Assembly: GCA_041641935.1 (NCBI GenBank)
Contig: JBEPXL010000002.1
Coordinates: 1 to 28,965 of the forward strand
Length of the DNA stretch: 28,965 nucleotides
Reading direction: 5' to 3'
Origin: Desulfobacteraceae bacterium
GTDB taxonomy: Bacteria; Desulfobacterota; Desulfobacteria; Desulfobacterales; Desulfococcaceae
A model generated the notes under the pieces. The model saw only the letters and a list, made by a program, of their open reading frames with translations. It was not told the origin of the DNA and searched no databases. Made by a program: the position numbers and the translations under genes. Positions 1 through 9,535 of this stretch are shown piece after piece (the stretch's first letter is position 1; each line of letters begins with the position of its first letter).

Positions 1-1698
1 GATGTCAGCCAGAGCATGAGTCTTTTCAACCGTCTTCCGGATGCAAAGGATGCCGCCATTGATTTTCTGAATACATCCGAACCGGACGACCAGGGCTCTC
101 TTGTTTCCTTCTCCGGCTGTAACGAAGGTGGTATTCTTGTTCCGGTCACCGGTGTATCGACGGACAGTGACAGTGACGGAACTTCGAATCTGGCGGAAGA
201 ACTCCAGGCCCTTGAAACCATCGGTCTGACTTCCGTCTATGACGGTATCGGCAACGGAATCGAAAGCATCAGCGATTCCCCGTTTCCCAAGGGGGTTATC
301 GTTTTCACAGACGGAAACACCAATGATGACTGCATCTATACCATCAACGAAGTGATCCAGAAGGCACAGGAAGAGGGAACGCCGGTCTATACCGTCGGAC
401 TGGAGCTGGATGAAAACACCGACAGTTTTCAGCGCGAAATGGTACAGCGACTCCGGCAGATCGCCAGTGAAACCGGCGGATTCTATACCGCAGCGCCCAC
501 TGCGGCGGACATGGCCGATATTTACCGTGACATTGCCCAGGTCATCCGGAACCAGTACCGGATCTGCTATACATCCCACAATCCCGATCTGGACGGCACA
601 ACCCGGACTGTTGCGGTAACCGCTGATGGCCAGACCGGAACCGGAACCTATACCGTAGGAACCGGCCCCGGACCGGATAACCGCCCGCCGGTGATCGATC
701 ATACGCCGGTCGCAACCGCAACCGCAGGCACGGCGGTTCCCATCTCTGCCCAGGTGACCGATCCGGACGGCAATCTTGCCCAGGTGACACTCTTCTACCG
801 GGTCCGGAGTATGGAACCGGAAACACCCTCCTACACCGCCCTGAACATGCCGCCGGCGGATGGGAATACCTACCGGGCCGAAATACCGGCGGAAACGGTT
901 ACACCGGCCGGCGTGGAATACTATGTTGTCGCTGAAGATGCGCTGATGTCCCAGTCCCAGGCGGGAAGTGCCGCCGATCCCTTTGTGATCGATGTGATGC
1001 AGGACAATCAGCCCCCGGTCGCTGACGCCGGAGATGATATCAGTGTCAGTGAAGGCGCAGCGGTGACCCTGGATGCCACCGGCGCCTCGGACCCGAACGC
1101 CGGCGACACCCTTACCTATGAATGGATGCAGACCGGCGGCCCGGATGTACCGCTGTCGGATATTGCTTCCCCGCAGCCGATGTTTACCGCGCCGACCGTC
1201 GGACCGGAAGGTGCCGCCCTGACCTTTGAACTGACCGTCCGGGACGGGGATGCCTCCGCGACAGACACCGTCACGGTAATGGTCAATGATACCCTGGCCC
1301 CGGCAGCAGACTTCACCTGGACGCCGGACGTACCCGCCGCCGGAGAACCGGTGAACTTCATGGATCAGTCCACCGCAGCGGCAGCGCCGATCACGTCCTG
1401 GAACTGGGACTTCGGCGGACTGGGAACCAGCACCGAGCAGAACCCGGTCTTTACCTTTCCGGACAGCGGAACCTACACCGTTCAGCTGCAGGTGGCAGAC
1501 GATGACGGCTCCACAGGGACAACCGTCCAGACCATCACCATCGCCGAGCCGCCCTGTGTCGGAGACGACTGCGGCGGCGGCAGCAGCGGCTGTTTTATCG
1601 ATTCCACCCGCCCCGGTACAGCGGGCGCCTGGGATCGGCTTCTTCAGATGGTGAAACCGCAATCCCGGCCCCGTGCCGGACTGCCCACAGGGAGGTGA
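1..1698 (+). CDS. vWA + Ig-like/PKD repeat surface protein with C-terminal GG-CFI (CFI-box-like) tail; 5'-truncated by window edge
   Basis: The frame is open from base 1. Bases 1-18 read DVSQSM, the DxSxS MIDAS motif, so the ATG at 16 is internal. Later T (TSVYD) and D (FTDG) MIDAS residues are present. NQPPVADAGDD and a W-D-F-G...Y-T-V-x-L PKD-type repeat follow, and the tail is CGGGSSGCFIDS. Confidence 0.8.
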   Translation, partial: DVSQSMSLFNRLPDAKDAAIDFLNTSEPDDQGSLVSFSGCNEGGILVPVTGVSTDSDSDGTSNLAEELQALETIGLTSVYDGIGNGIESISDSPFPKGVIVFTDGNTNDDCIYTINEVIQKAQEEGTPVYTVGLELDENTDSFQREMVQRLRQIASETGGFYTAAPTAADMADIYRDIAQVIRNQYRICYTSHNPDLDGTTRTVAVTADGQTGTGTYTVGTGPGPDNRPPVIDHTPVATATAGTAVPISAQVTDPDGNLAQVTLFYRVRSMEPETPSYTALNMPPADGNTYRAEIPAETVTPAGVEYYVVAEDALMSQSQAGSAADPFVIDVMQDNQPPVADAGDDISVSEGAAVTLDATGASDPNAGDTLTYEWMQTGGPDVPLSDIASPQPMFTAPTVGPEGAALTFELTVRDGDASATDTVTVMVNDTLAPAADFTWTPDVPAAGEPVNFMDQSTAAAAPITSWNWDFGGLGTSTEQNPVFTFPDSGTYTVQLQVADDDGSTGTTVQTITIAEPPCVGDDCGGGSSGCFIDSTRPGTAGAWDRLLQMVKPQSRPRAGLPTGR

Positions 1699-1701
1699 TC
1701 G

Positions 1702-3249
1702 ATGAAACGAACGACGATCTGTATCGCCATTCTGGTCTCCATTCTCGGGGTCCTCGCCATTCCCGTGACGGCACTGTCTCAGGAACGTGCCGGCGCAGTC
1801 ACAGTGTCTCCCATGGGCGGCGTTCATGTTTTCGACAGCCGCCAGGATATTGAACAGGATGCCACCGGCGGCGTCGGTATCGGCTACAACATCACCAAAC
1901 ACTGGGGGGCTGAAGTACAGTTCCAGGGCGGCCAGTTCGAACAGGAGTATTTCGACTGTGAAACCTGCGCCTGTACCGAAGAAGAACTGAATGCCTATGT
2001 CATGCATCTGGACGCCCTGTACCACTTCCGGCCCGACAAGCGGCTGGTTCCCTACCTTTCGGCCGGTGTGGGCGGTGTCCATCTGGAAGGGGACCATTTT
2101 GACGATGACACCTACGGCATTGTCAACTACGGTGCAGGTGTCAAATACTATATCACCGATAATGTCGCCCTCCGGGGGGAAGCCCGTCACATGTACGACT
2201 GGGAAGATTCCAACAACAACGTCGCCGCCACAGTGGGGCTGACGTTCCAGTTCGGCGGCAAGAAAGAACCCCTGGAAAAACCCGCACCGCCGCCACAGGA
2301 GGAGGAAGCGCCGCCGCCGGCTCCGACACTGGGCGTCGTTGTGGAAGAGCGGCCTCCGGAAACGGAAGTGGGGCCGGTGGATGTCCAGGATTTTGAACCG
2401 GCGCCGCTTGCCGATGATGAAAAACTGGCCATTGACCTGAAGCTCCTGTTCGACTTCGACAAGGCCATCATCAAACCGCCATACTACGACAACCTGAACA
2501 AAATCGGCGCTTTCATGCGGGATTTTCCGGAAACCCACGGTGTCATCGAGGGACATACGGATGAAGTCGGAACGCCGTCCTACAACCTGAAGCTTTCCTG
2601 GCGGCGGGCCGAAAGTGTCCGGCAGTACCTGATCAAGAACTTCGGGATATCACCGGAACGTCTGGAAGCACGGGGGTACGGCGAATCACTTCCGGTTGCG
2701 GAAAACGAAACCGACGTCGGACGCCAGAAAAACCGCCGGGTCATCCTGGTGGTGACCAACGGAAACGGCGGCGAAAAGGCCCGCATTTTCCGGGAACGCT
2801 ACAATCCGTCCTACACACCGGGTTCGACCGGCGCCGCACCTTCGCCCCGTACCGCGCCGAATCCGTCCGGTTCGCCGCAGTCGAAAGCCCCCGCCGGGAC
2901 TTCTTCGGGACAGACGCTCCGGGATGTCCAGGTGGATACCAGCGGCGATCAGGAGACGGTGATGCTGGTGGCCAGTGGACCGGTGGCGGCATACAATGCC
3001 TTTATTCTGGAAAACCCGAACCGGCTGGTGATCGATCTGCCGGGCAAGTGGCGGAAACCAGGCGCATCCCCCATAACGGTGGACAGGGGCAATGTCCGGC
3101 AGGTCCGTTTCGGATCATATCCGGACAAACTCCGGGTGGTGCTTGACCTGAAAGAGAAACCGGCGGGTGAGCCCCAGGTCCAGACAGGTCCACAGGGACT
3201 CCGGATCAGCATGAAAAAAGCGGGACAGGTGAATCTGAGCCAGCGGTAG
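1702..3249 (+). CDS. OmpA/OprF-like outer membrane protein: signal peptide, beta-barrel, Pro-rich linker, OmpA_C peptidoglycan-binding domain, C-terminal AMIN domain
   Basis: SD GGGAGG lies upstream. Barrel-type strands end in GLTFQFG. OmpA_C motifs are LFDFDKA, EGHTD, NLKLSWRRAESV, GYGES and NRRV. The C-terminal ENPNRLVIDL...VRFG...LRVVLDL is AMIN-like. Confidence 0.85.
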   Translation: MKRTTICIAILVSILGVLAIPVTALSQERAGAVTVSPMGGVHVFDSRQDIEQDATGGVGIGYNITKHWGAEVQFQGGQFEQEYFDCETCACTEEELNAYVMHLDALYHFRPDKRLVPYLSAGVGGVHLEGDHFDDDTYGIVNYGAGVKYYITDNVALRGEARHMYDWEDSNNNVAATVGLTFQFGGKKEPLEKPAPPPQEEEAPPPAPTLGVVVEERPPETEVGPVDVQDFEPAPLADDEKLAIDLKLLFDFDKAIIKPPYYDNLNKIGAFMRDFPETHGVIEGHTDEVGTPSYNLKLSWRRAESVRQYLIKNFGISPERLEARGYGESLPVAENETDVGRQKNRRVILVVTNGNGGEKARIFRERYNPSYTPGSTGAAPSPRTAPNPSGSPQSKAPAGTSSGQTLRDVQVDTSGDQETVMLVASGPVAAYNAFILENPNRLVIDLPGKWRKPGASPITVDRGNVRQVRFGSYPDKLRVVLDLKEKPAGEPQVQTGPQGLRISMKKAGQVNLSQR

Positions 3250-3276
3250 CTGACATCTCTGTCCTGTAACACCCCG

Positions 3277-3316
3277 GGGCTCCCGTCCGGATATGATCCG
3301 GGCGGGAGCCCTTTTT
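3277..3316 (+). terminator. Rho-independent terminator after the OmpA-like gene
   Basis: GGGCTCCCGTCCGGAT-ATG-ATCCGGGCGGGAGCCC forms a 16-bp stem with one G-U pair, followed by TTTTT. Confidence 0.85.
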
Positions 3317-3363
3317 CATCCATTGCCCGGACCTTTACGTCCACCGCGTCACAGCAGAATGCC

Positions 3364-6300
3364 ATGAATACCATCCGACAATTCAAACTTCCCGAAACAC
3401 TGGAACATGATCTGCAGAATACCGGAACCTACCTCATCGAGGCGAGTGCCGGAACGGGAAAGACCTATACCATTGAACGGCTCTTTCTCTGGCTTGTGGT
3501 CGAACGGCAAATGGAGGTGAAGCAGATTCTGGTGGTCACCTTTACCGAAGCGGCCACCGAAGAACTGAAGGGCCGCATCCGCGCCCTGCTCCGCAAAGGG
3601 ATTGACATACTCGACGGGCAGAAGGGGGATTCTTTTTTCGATGCCCTGCTCGGGCGGCATTCCTCCGGGGAAGCCCGCAACCGTCTCCTGGATGCGCTGC
3701 GGGATTTTGATGAGGCCGCCATCTTCACGATCCACGGGTTCTGTATGCGCACCCTGCAGGAAAGCGCATTTGAAAGCGGCAGCCTCTTCGACACGGAACT
3801 GGTTCCGGATCAGAAACCGATTCTGCAGGAGACGGTAGAGGATTTCTGGCGTACCCATTTCTATGATGCTTCTCCCATGTTTGTGGCGTATCTCATTGCT
3901 ACGGTCAAGCATCCCCGTCACCTGACCGATATCGTCGGCAACCGGATTTCCCATCCGGATATCCGGGTTCTCCCTCCCACTCCGATGCCGGAAAGAACAG
4001 AAGAACTGGAAAAAGCCTTTGCCGATGCCTGTGCAGCCGTCCGTACGGCCTGGCCTGAAGCGAAGGCAGAGGTGAAAGGTCTTCTCTGTGAAAATCCCGC
4101 CCTGAATAAAGCCAGGTACAAACCAGCCTCGGTGATCCAGTGGATGGACTCGATGGAAGCGTATCTTGCAGCGGAAACACCATCGCCGGTCCTGTTTGAC
4201 AAATTTCACAAATTCACCTCTCAGGAAATCACAAGTGCTGCTAAAAAAGGTAAAACAGCCCCTGCACATCCGTTTTTTGATCTCTGCGGGAATCTGCTTG
4301 CAGCCCATGATGAGCTGAAAACGGCCTATGATACGTCTGTGATGGCATACAAGATTCAGTTGTTCGACGAGGTGATCCGCTCGCTGAAACAGCGGAAGAC
4401 AGCAAACAATATCCAGTCTTTCGACGACCTTCTGCTCGATCTGCGGGCCGCGCTGCGGAGACCGGGCGGTGAGATTCTGATCCGAAATATCCGGAACAAG
4501 TATCAGGCGGCGCTTATCGATGAATTTCAGGATACAGACCCGGTTCAGTATGAAATCTTCAAAACCCTTTTTGATGCCGACACCCATCTTCTGTTCCTCA
4601 TCGGTGATCCCAAGCAGGCCATCTACGGATTCCGGGGCGCGGATATTTTCGCCTATATGGAAGCCGCACGGCTGTCACCGAACCGCTACACCCTCACCCA
4701 CAACTGGCGTTCGGAACCGAATCTGATTCAGGCCGTCAACACCGTCTTTTCAGCCCACCCCTGTCCCTTTGTTTACGAAGAGATTCCCTTTCTGCCGGTT
4801 GCCGTTCCGGATGAGCGCCCGCCGGGACAGGTGTCCCTGACCCTGGACGGTGCGTCTCCCCCGCCCCTGCAGATATGGACAATCACTCCGGAGGATGACG
4901 CCAAGCCGGTAAACAAGGGCGAAGCCCGGGAACAGATTATCCGGGCCGTTTCCGCAGAAATCGTCCGTTTGCTTCAGATGGGCAGGGAAAAAAAGGCAAT
5001 GCTGGGGGATCGTCCCCTGCGGCCGGGGGATATTGCCGTGCTGGTCCGGGAAAATGCGGAAGCGAATATGATGAAAGCGGCGCTCTCGGACTGTCATGTT
5101 CCCAGTGTTCTCCACAGTACCGGTGATGTCTTCGATACCCATGAAGCAGAAGAGATGGAATACCTACTCTCGGCCATTGCCAACGCGGGGGAAGAGATGA
5201 GGGTACGGACGGCGCTGACAACGGATATGCTGGGGGTTTCAGGTGAAATGCTGGACGTTCTGACCCGGGACGATCTCCAGTGGGAGGCGCGGCTGATCGA
5301 CTTTGCCGATTACCGCAGGCTGTGGGAAACCCACGGCTTTATCCGGATGTTCCGGCGGCTTCTGGAAAAGGAAAAAGTACTGCCCCGGCTCATGGCGCTG
5401 AACGACGGGGAACGCCGCTGTACCAATGTACTCCATCTGGGAGAACTGCTCCACCAGGCCGATGTGCGCAGGAAAATCGGTATGGCCGGTCTCGTGAAGT
5501 GGCTTGTGGAACAGCGCCATTCCGCCGAGCAGCGGACGGAAGAGCATCCGCTCCGGCTGGAAAGTGATGAGAATGCGATTCGGCTGGTGACCATGCACAA
5601 GAGCAAGGGACTGGAATATCCGGTTGTTTTCTGCCCCTTTACCTGGAGCAGTCCCAAGTCCGGCCCGCCGGTCATATTTCATGATGAATCCGACCAGCGG
5701 CGTCTCACCCTGGATCTGGGATCGGACCAGGTGCAGGTGCATGACAGGCTGGCCCAGAAAGAACAGCTGGCGGAAAATCTCCGGCTGATGTATGTGGCCC
5801 TGACCCGGGCCCGGAACCGGTGTTATCTGGTCTGGGGCCGTATGAATACGGCAGAGGCGTCCGCGCCGGCCTATCTGTTTCACACACCGGATGCCGATCC
5901 CGATGATGTGGTGGCGGCAGTGAAAAAACGGTTCAGTTCACTGAAAAACAGTCCGGATCTGCTGGGGGAACTGAACGAAGTGCTGGCAGGCCCGGGATCC
6001 GCAATCGGGATCACACCACTGCCCGAAGCGCCCAAACGGTCTTACGTTCCGGATACAGATCCAGCGTTTTCCATTGCCTGCCGGCATTTTCCAAAGGCCG
6101 TCAGCAATGAATTCCAGGTATCGAGCTTCTCATCCCTGGTCTCCGGTCGTCGGTACAGCGCCGAAATCGCCGACTATGACGCCACCATCAGCCGGGCGGG
6201 AACACCCCTGCAGACCGATTCCGCCGATGGCCTTCCCTCCCCGGAAAGGGCGGAATATACCATCTTTACCTTTCCAAAGGGTGCACGGGCGGGAAACTGT

Positions 6301-7005
6301 CTTCATAACATTTTTGAAGTACTGGATTTTACGGAAACGGACCGGGAGACGATTGCCGCGCTGGTGACGGAACATCTTCAGCGATACCGGTTTGAGGAAG
6401 AATGGAGCGAAACCATTACGGATATGGTGCAGAAGGTGCTGTCCTCCCCGCTGGATCCCCGCAGGAACCGGCAACTGACCCTGTCCAGGGTAAAGCCGTC
6501 GGACCGGCTCAATGAACTGGAATTCTATTTCCCGCTGAGGATCATCTCGCCACCACTGATACGGACCCTGTTTCTGAATTATGGTGCTGCGGATATGCCG
6601 GATAATGTTCCGGACCGGATCGGCAGCCTCGGTTTTTCGCGGATGAAAGGGTACATGAAAGGCTTTATCGATCTGGTATTCCAGTACGACGGCCGGTTTT
6701 ATCTGGTGGACTGGAAATCGAACTGGCTGGGTGACCGGGTGACGGACTACGGCCCCGGGGCGCTGCAGAGGACAATGGAAACCGAATTGTATGTACTCCA
6801 GTACCATATCTATACCCTGGCGCTGCATCAGTACCTGACGGCCCGGCTGCCGGGCTACCGGTATGCGGATCATTTCGGCGGGGTATATTATCTTTTCCTG
6901 CGGGGAATCGATCCTGTAACCGGCCCGGACTATGGCATTTTCCGGGACCGGCCTTCGGAACAGTTTGTAGATGCACTGCAGGAATCCATGATTCTGACGC
7001 AGTGA
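3364..7005 (+). CDS. recB: Exodeoxyribonuclease V beta subunit (RecB helicase-nuclease)
   Basis: Walker A ASAGTGKT, VVTFTEAATEEL, LIDEFQDTD, IGDPKQAIYGFRGAD, TMHKSKGLEY, YVALTRA, and nuclease motif GFIDLVF...LVDWKS; 1213 aa. Confidence 0.95.
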   Translation: MNTIRQFKLPETLEHDLQNTGTYLIEASAGTGKTYTIERLFLWLVVERQMEVKQILVVTFTEAATEELKGRIRALLRKGIDILDGQKGDSFFDALLGRHSSGEARNRLLDALRDFDEAAIFTIHGFCMRTLQESAFESGSLFDTELVPDQKPILQETVEDFWRTHFYDASPMFVAYLIATVKHPRHLTDIVGNRISHPDIRVLPPTPMPERTEELEKAFADACAAVRTAWPEAKAEVKGLLCENPALNKARYKPASVIQWMDSMEAYLAAETPSPVLFDKFHKFTSQEITSAAKKGKTAPAHPFFDLCGNLLAAHDELKTAYDTSVMAYKIQLFDEVIRSLKQRKTANNIQSFDDLLLDLRAALRRPGGEILIRNIRNKYQAALIDEFQDTDPVQYEIFKTLFDADTHLLFLIGDPKQAIYGFRGADIFAYMEAARLSPNRYTLTHNWRSEPNLIQAVNTVFSAHPCPFVYEEIPFLPVAVPDERPPGQVSLTLDGASPPPLQIWTITPEDDAKPVNKGEAREQIIRAVSAEIVRLLQMGREKKAMLGDRPLRPGDIAVLVRENAEANMMKAALSDCHVPSVLHSTGDVFDTHEAEEMEYLLSAIANAGEEMRVRTALTTDMLGVSGEMLDVLTRDDLQWEARLIDFADYRRLWETHGFIRMFRRLLEKEKVLPRLMALNDGERRCTNVLHLGELLHQADVRRKIGMAGLVKWLVEQRHSAEQRTEEHPLRLESDENAIRLVTMHKSKGLEYPVVFCPFTWSSPKSGPPVIFHDESDQRRLTLDLGSDQVQVHDRLAQKEQLAENLRLMYVALTRARNRCYLVWGRMNTAEASAPAYLFHTPDADPDDVVAAVKKRFSSLKNSPDLLGELNEVLAGPGSAIGITPLPEAPKRSYVPDTDPAFSIACRHFPKAVSNEFQVSSFSSLVSGRRYSAEIADYDATISRAGTPLQTDSADGLPSPERAEYTIFTFPKGARAGNCLHNIFEVLDFTETDRETIAALVTEHLQRYRFEEEWSETITDMVQKVLSSPLDPRRNRQLTLSRVKPSDRLNELEFYFPLRIISPPLIRTLFLNYGAADMPDNVPDRIGSLGFSRMKGYMKGFIDLVFQYDGRFYLVDWKSNWLGDRVTDYGPGALQRTMETELYVLQYHIYTLALHQYLTARLPGYRYADHFGGVYYLFLRGIDPVTGPDYGIFRDRPSEQFVDALQESMILTQ

Positions 7006-7101
7006 TGCATTCCCGGTGATCCGGTATGCGGGAACAGCAGAAATATCATCAGGGAAGAGGATGCCACACGATAACAGATCACTGATCAGGGAGATAAACA
7101 T

Positions 7102-8496
7102 ATGACAGCACGGATAGAAAGCGACTCGATGGGCAGCATTGAAGTCCCGGAAGACCGGTACTGGGGGGCACAGACCCAGCGGTCCCTGCAGAATTTCAGG
7201 ATCGGCGAGGAACGGATGTCCCGCGAAGTGATCCGGGCGCTGGGAATCCTCAAGAAAGCCTGTGCGCTGACCAATATGGAACTGGGGGTTCTGGATCAGT
7301 CTGTCGGTGATCTGATCGTCCAGGCCGCCGACGAGGTTATCGAAGGCAGACTGGACGAGCATTTTCCGCTGGTGGTCTGGCAGACCGGCAGCGGAACCCA
7401 GACCAACATGAACGCCAACGAGGTCATCGCCAACCGGGCCATCGATCTGGCCGGCGGAAAGCGGGGCAGCAAGACGCCGGTCCATCCCAATGATCATGTC
7501 AATATGTCCCAGTCCTCCAATGATACCTTTCCGACGGTAATGCACATCGCTTCGGCAGAATCGATCCATCAGCGGCTGATTCCCGCTCTGGCCCATATGA
7601 AGACGGCACTGGACCGGAAGGTGGCGGCCTTCAGTGAAATCGTCAAAATCGGCAGGACCCATCTTCAGGATGCCACCCCGCTGACGCTGGGGCAGGAATT
7701 CTCCGGATATGCCCGGCAGATGGAACTGGGCATCGGGCGGCTGGAAGGGAGCCTCAAGAACCTCTATTCCCTTGCACTGGGCGGAACGGCTGTGGGAACC
7801 GGCCTGAACGCGCCCGGGGGATATGATGTTCTGGCCGCCCGGAAAATTGCCGAAATTACGCGTCTTCCTTTTGAATCCGCCGACAACAAGTTTGAGGGTC
7901 TGGCCGCCCATGACGCCATTGTGGAAGCCAGCGGGGCGGTCCGGACTGTGGCGGGAAGCCTGATGAAAATCGCAAACGATATTCGGTGGCTGGCCAGCGG
8001 TCCCCGGTGCGGCATCGGCGAAATCATCATTCCTGCCAACGAACCGGGCAGTTCCATCATGCCGGGAAAGGTAAATCCGACCCAGTGCGAGGCACTGACA
8101 ATGGTGGTGACGCGGGTGATCGGGAATGATGTGACGGTCGCGTTCGCAGGCTCACAGGGAAACTTCGAACTGAATGTCTTCAAGCCGGTCATGCTCTACA
8201 GCCTGCTGCAGTCGGTCCGGCTCATGGCCGATGCGGTCCTGAGTTTCACGGACAATCTGGTGGTCGGTATCGAGGCCAACCGGGAGCGGATTGACATGCT
8301 GATGCGTCAGTCCCTGATGCTGGTCACGGCGCTGAGTCCGCATATCGGGTATGACAGGGCCGCCGAAGTGGCCCATGAAGCGCACCAGAGCGGCAAAACC
8401 CTCAAGCAAACCGCGGTTGCACTCGGTTATGTCACGGAAGATGAGTTTGACAGAATTGTGAAACCAGAGGAAATGGTTCATCCGGGGACAAAATGA
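7102..8496 (+). CDS. fumC: Class II fumarate hydratase
   Basis: [33 protein letters not shown] and the signature [15 protein letters not shown]; SD AGGGAG. Confidence 0.97.
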   Translation: MTARIESDSMGSIEVPEDRYWGAQTQRSLQNFRIGEERMSREVIRALGILKKACALTNMELGVLDQSVGDLIVQAADEVIEGRLDEHFPLVVWQTGSGTQTNMNANEVIANRAIDLAGGKRGSKTPVHPNDHVNMSQSSNDTFPTVMHIASAESIHQRLIPALAHMKTALDRKVAAFSEIVKIGRTHLQDATPLTLGQEFSGYARQMELGIGRLEGSLKNLYSLALGGTAVGTGLNAPGGYDVLAARKIAEITRLPFESADNKFEGLAAHDAIVEASGAVRTVAGSLMKIANDIRWLASGPRCGIGEIIIPANEPGSSIMPGKVNPTQCEALTMVVTRVIGNDVTVAFAGSQGNFELNVFKPVMLYSLLQSVRLMADAVLSFTDNLVVGIEANRERIDMLMRQSLMLVTALSPHIGYDRAAEVAHEAHQSGKTLKQTAVALGYVTEDEFDRIVKPEEMVHPGTK

Positions 8497-8520
8497 TTCC
8501 CGATGACGGACCGGCGGCCG

Positions 8521-8547
8521 GAAAAGCGCGGAATTTCATTCCCGCGC
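8521..8547 (-). terminator. Possible terminator between the convergent fumC and 292-aa genes
   Basis: On the minus strand GCGCGGGAAT-GAA-ATTCCGCGC forms a stem with one bulge, followed by TTTTC. Confidence 0.45.
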
Positions 8548-8593
8548 CGGTTCAGCCATTCTGCTGTGCGGACAGTGGAAAAAATCAGATCGT

Positions 8594-9472
8594 TTACGAT
8601 TCAACCTGAACATTGAGCAGTTTGATAATGTCTCTGGGTTCCGGAACCTGCAGGAGGCTTCCTAGGGGCTGGGGATTCGGCGGAGACACGGAAATGGTGA
8701 AGGAATCCGGGTCTCTGATGAATTCCCTGATTTCATTCAAGGCGTTTCTGGTAAAGGGGTCTGTCTCCTGTTCGATTTCCTGGTCCACCTCCCGGAGCAG
8801 TTCCGCCTGATATTCCTTCATCTCCATATTCCGCTCTCTGGCGGATACCTGCATCATCCGCTCGGCCAGTGAGTCATCCTGATAACCGATCCCGGCTTCA
8901 TGAATGGTAATCTGGGGATAGGTGAAGAGAAGGGCAATGAGCTGATCCGGATCGAGCAAGATATTGCCGAGGCGGAGATGCAGTTCCAGTTCTCCCATAT
9001 TGTCCGCGCCGATGCCCAGTTTCCGGATATCCAGCATTTTTTTCTCTTTGTCGTAGCGGTAATCCACAATCAGGTTCAGCAGAAGCGTCTCGGTATATCC
9101 CATCTCCCGAAAGCCTCTGGCGTCCTTTCCGAGTTCTTTGATGTCCAGTACAATGCCGCTGCATTCAAAGTTCATGAACGCGGGCATGTCTTCCGATTCT
9201 GTATCCATGTCCCGGATGATGACCTCATTGATCCGGACATTTTCCGATTGCGCTCCTCCCTTCTGGACAATCCGTATATCGGAAATCCGTACATCTCTGC
9301 TGATCAGATCCACATGGACATCGTCATAGGCAATGTCGGCAAGGCCTTCGGCATTTTCGATCGCCGCGTTCAGTTCCTTTTCTGCCGCATTGTCAGCATA
9401 CAGCTGAACAACAAAATAGACGCCAAGCAGGACAACTCCAAGGCCAACCGCCGCTATGAGTTTTCTGTTCAT
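8594..9472 (-). CDS. Hypothetical exported or membrane-anchored protein (292 aa)
   Basis: Start re-assigned to the ATG at 9472, which has SD AGGAG about 7 nt upstream. The N-terminus MNRKLIAAVGLGVVLLGVYFVVQ is a signal anchor, followed by alternating beta-strand-like segments. No family recognised. Confidence 0.75.
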   Translation of the reverse strand: MNRKLIAAVGLGVVLLGVYFVVQLYADNAAEKELNAAIENAEGLADIAYDDVHVDLISRDVRISDIRIVQKGGAQSENVRINEVIIRDMDTESEDMPAFMNFECSGIVLDIKELGKDARGFREMGYTETLLLNLIVDYRYDKEKKMLDIRKLGIGADNMGELELHLRLGNILLDPDQLIALLFTYPQITIHEAGIGYQDDSLAERMMQVSARERNMEMKEYQAELLREVDQEIEQETDPFTRNALNEIREFIRDPDSFTISVSPPNPQPLGSLLQVPEPRDIIKLLNVQVES

Positions 9473-9535
9473 TTTCTTCTCCTGTCGAATGTGAGATGCA
9501 GGTAGGAGACACATTTTCTGGGACTTTAACAAATC

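Noticed and set aside
2964-2971. E. coli Chi sequence GCTGGTGG upstream of recB (also inside fumC and atpB)
   Set aside because: Chi is species-specific, and these matches are ordinary Leu-Val codon pairs in GC-rich genes.
3349-4587. 412-aa antisense ORF over recB (likewise 17916-18842 over pyrK, 24260-25276 over the dnaA paralog, and others)
   Set aside because: Same codon-aligned shadow-ORF effect, opposite well-supported genes.
6130-7911. 593-aa antisense ORF spanning the recB 3' end and half of fumC
   Set aside because: It is codon-aligned with both sense genes, which share a frame. Scarcity of TTA/CTA/TCA sense codons in GC-rich genes removes antisense stops. No recognisable motifs.
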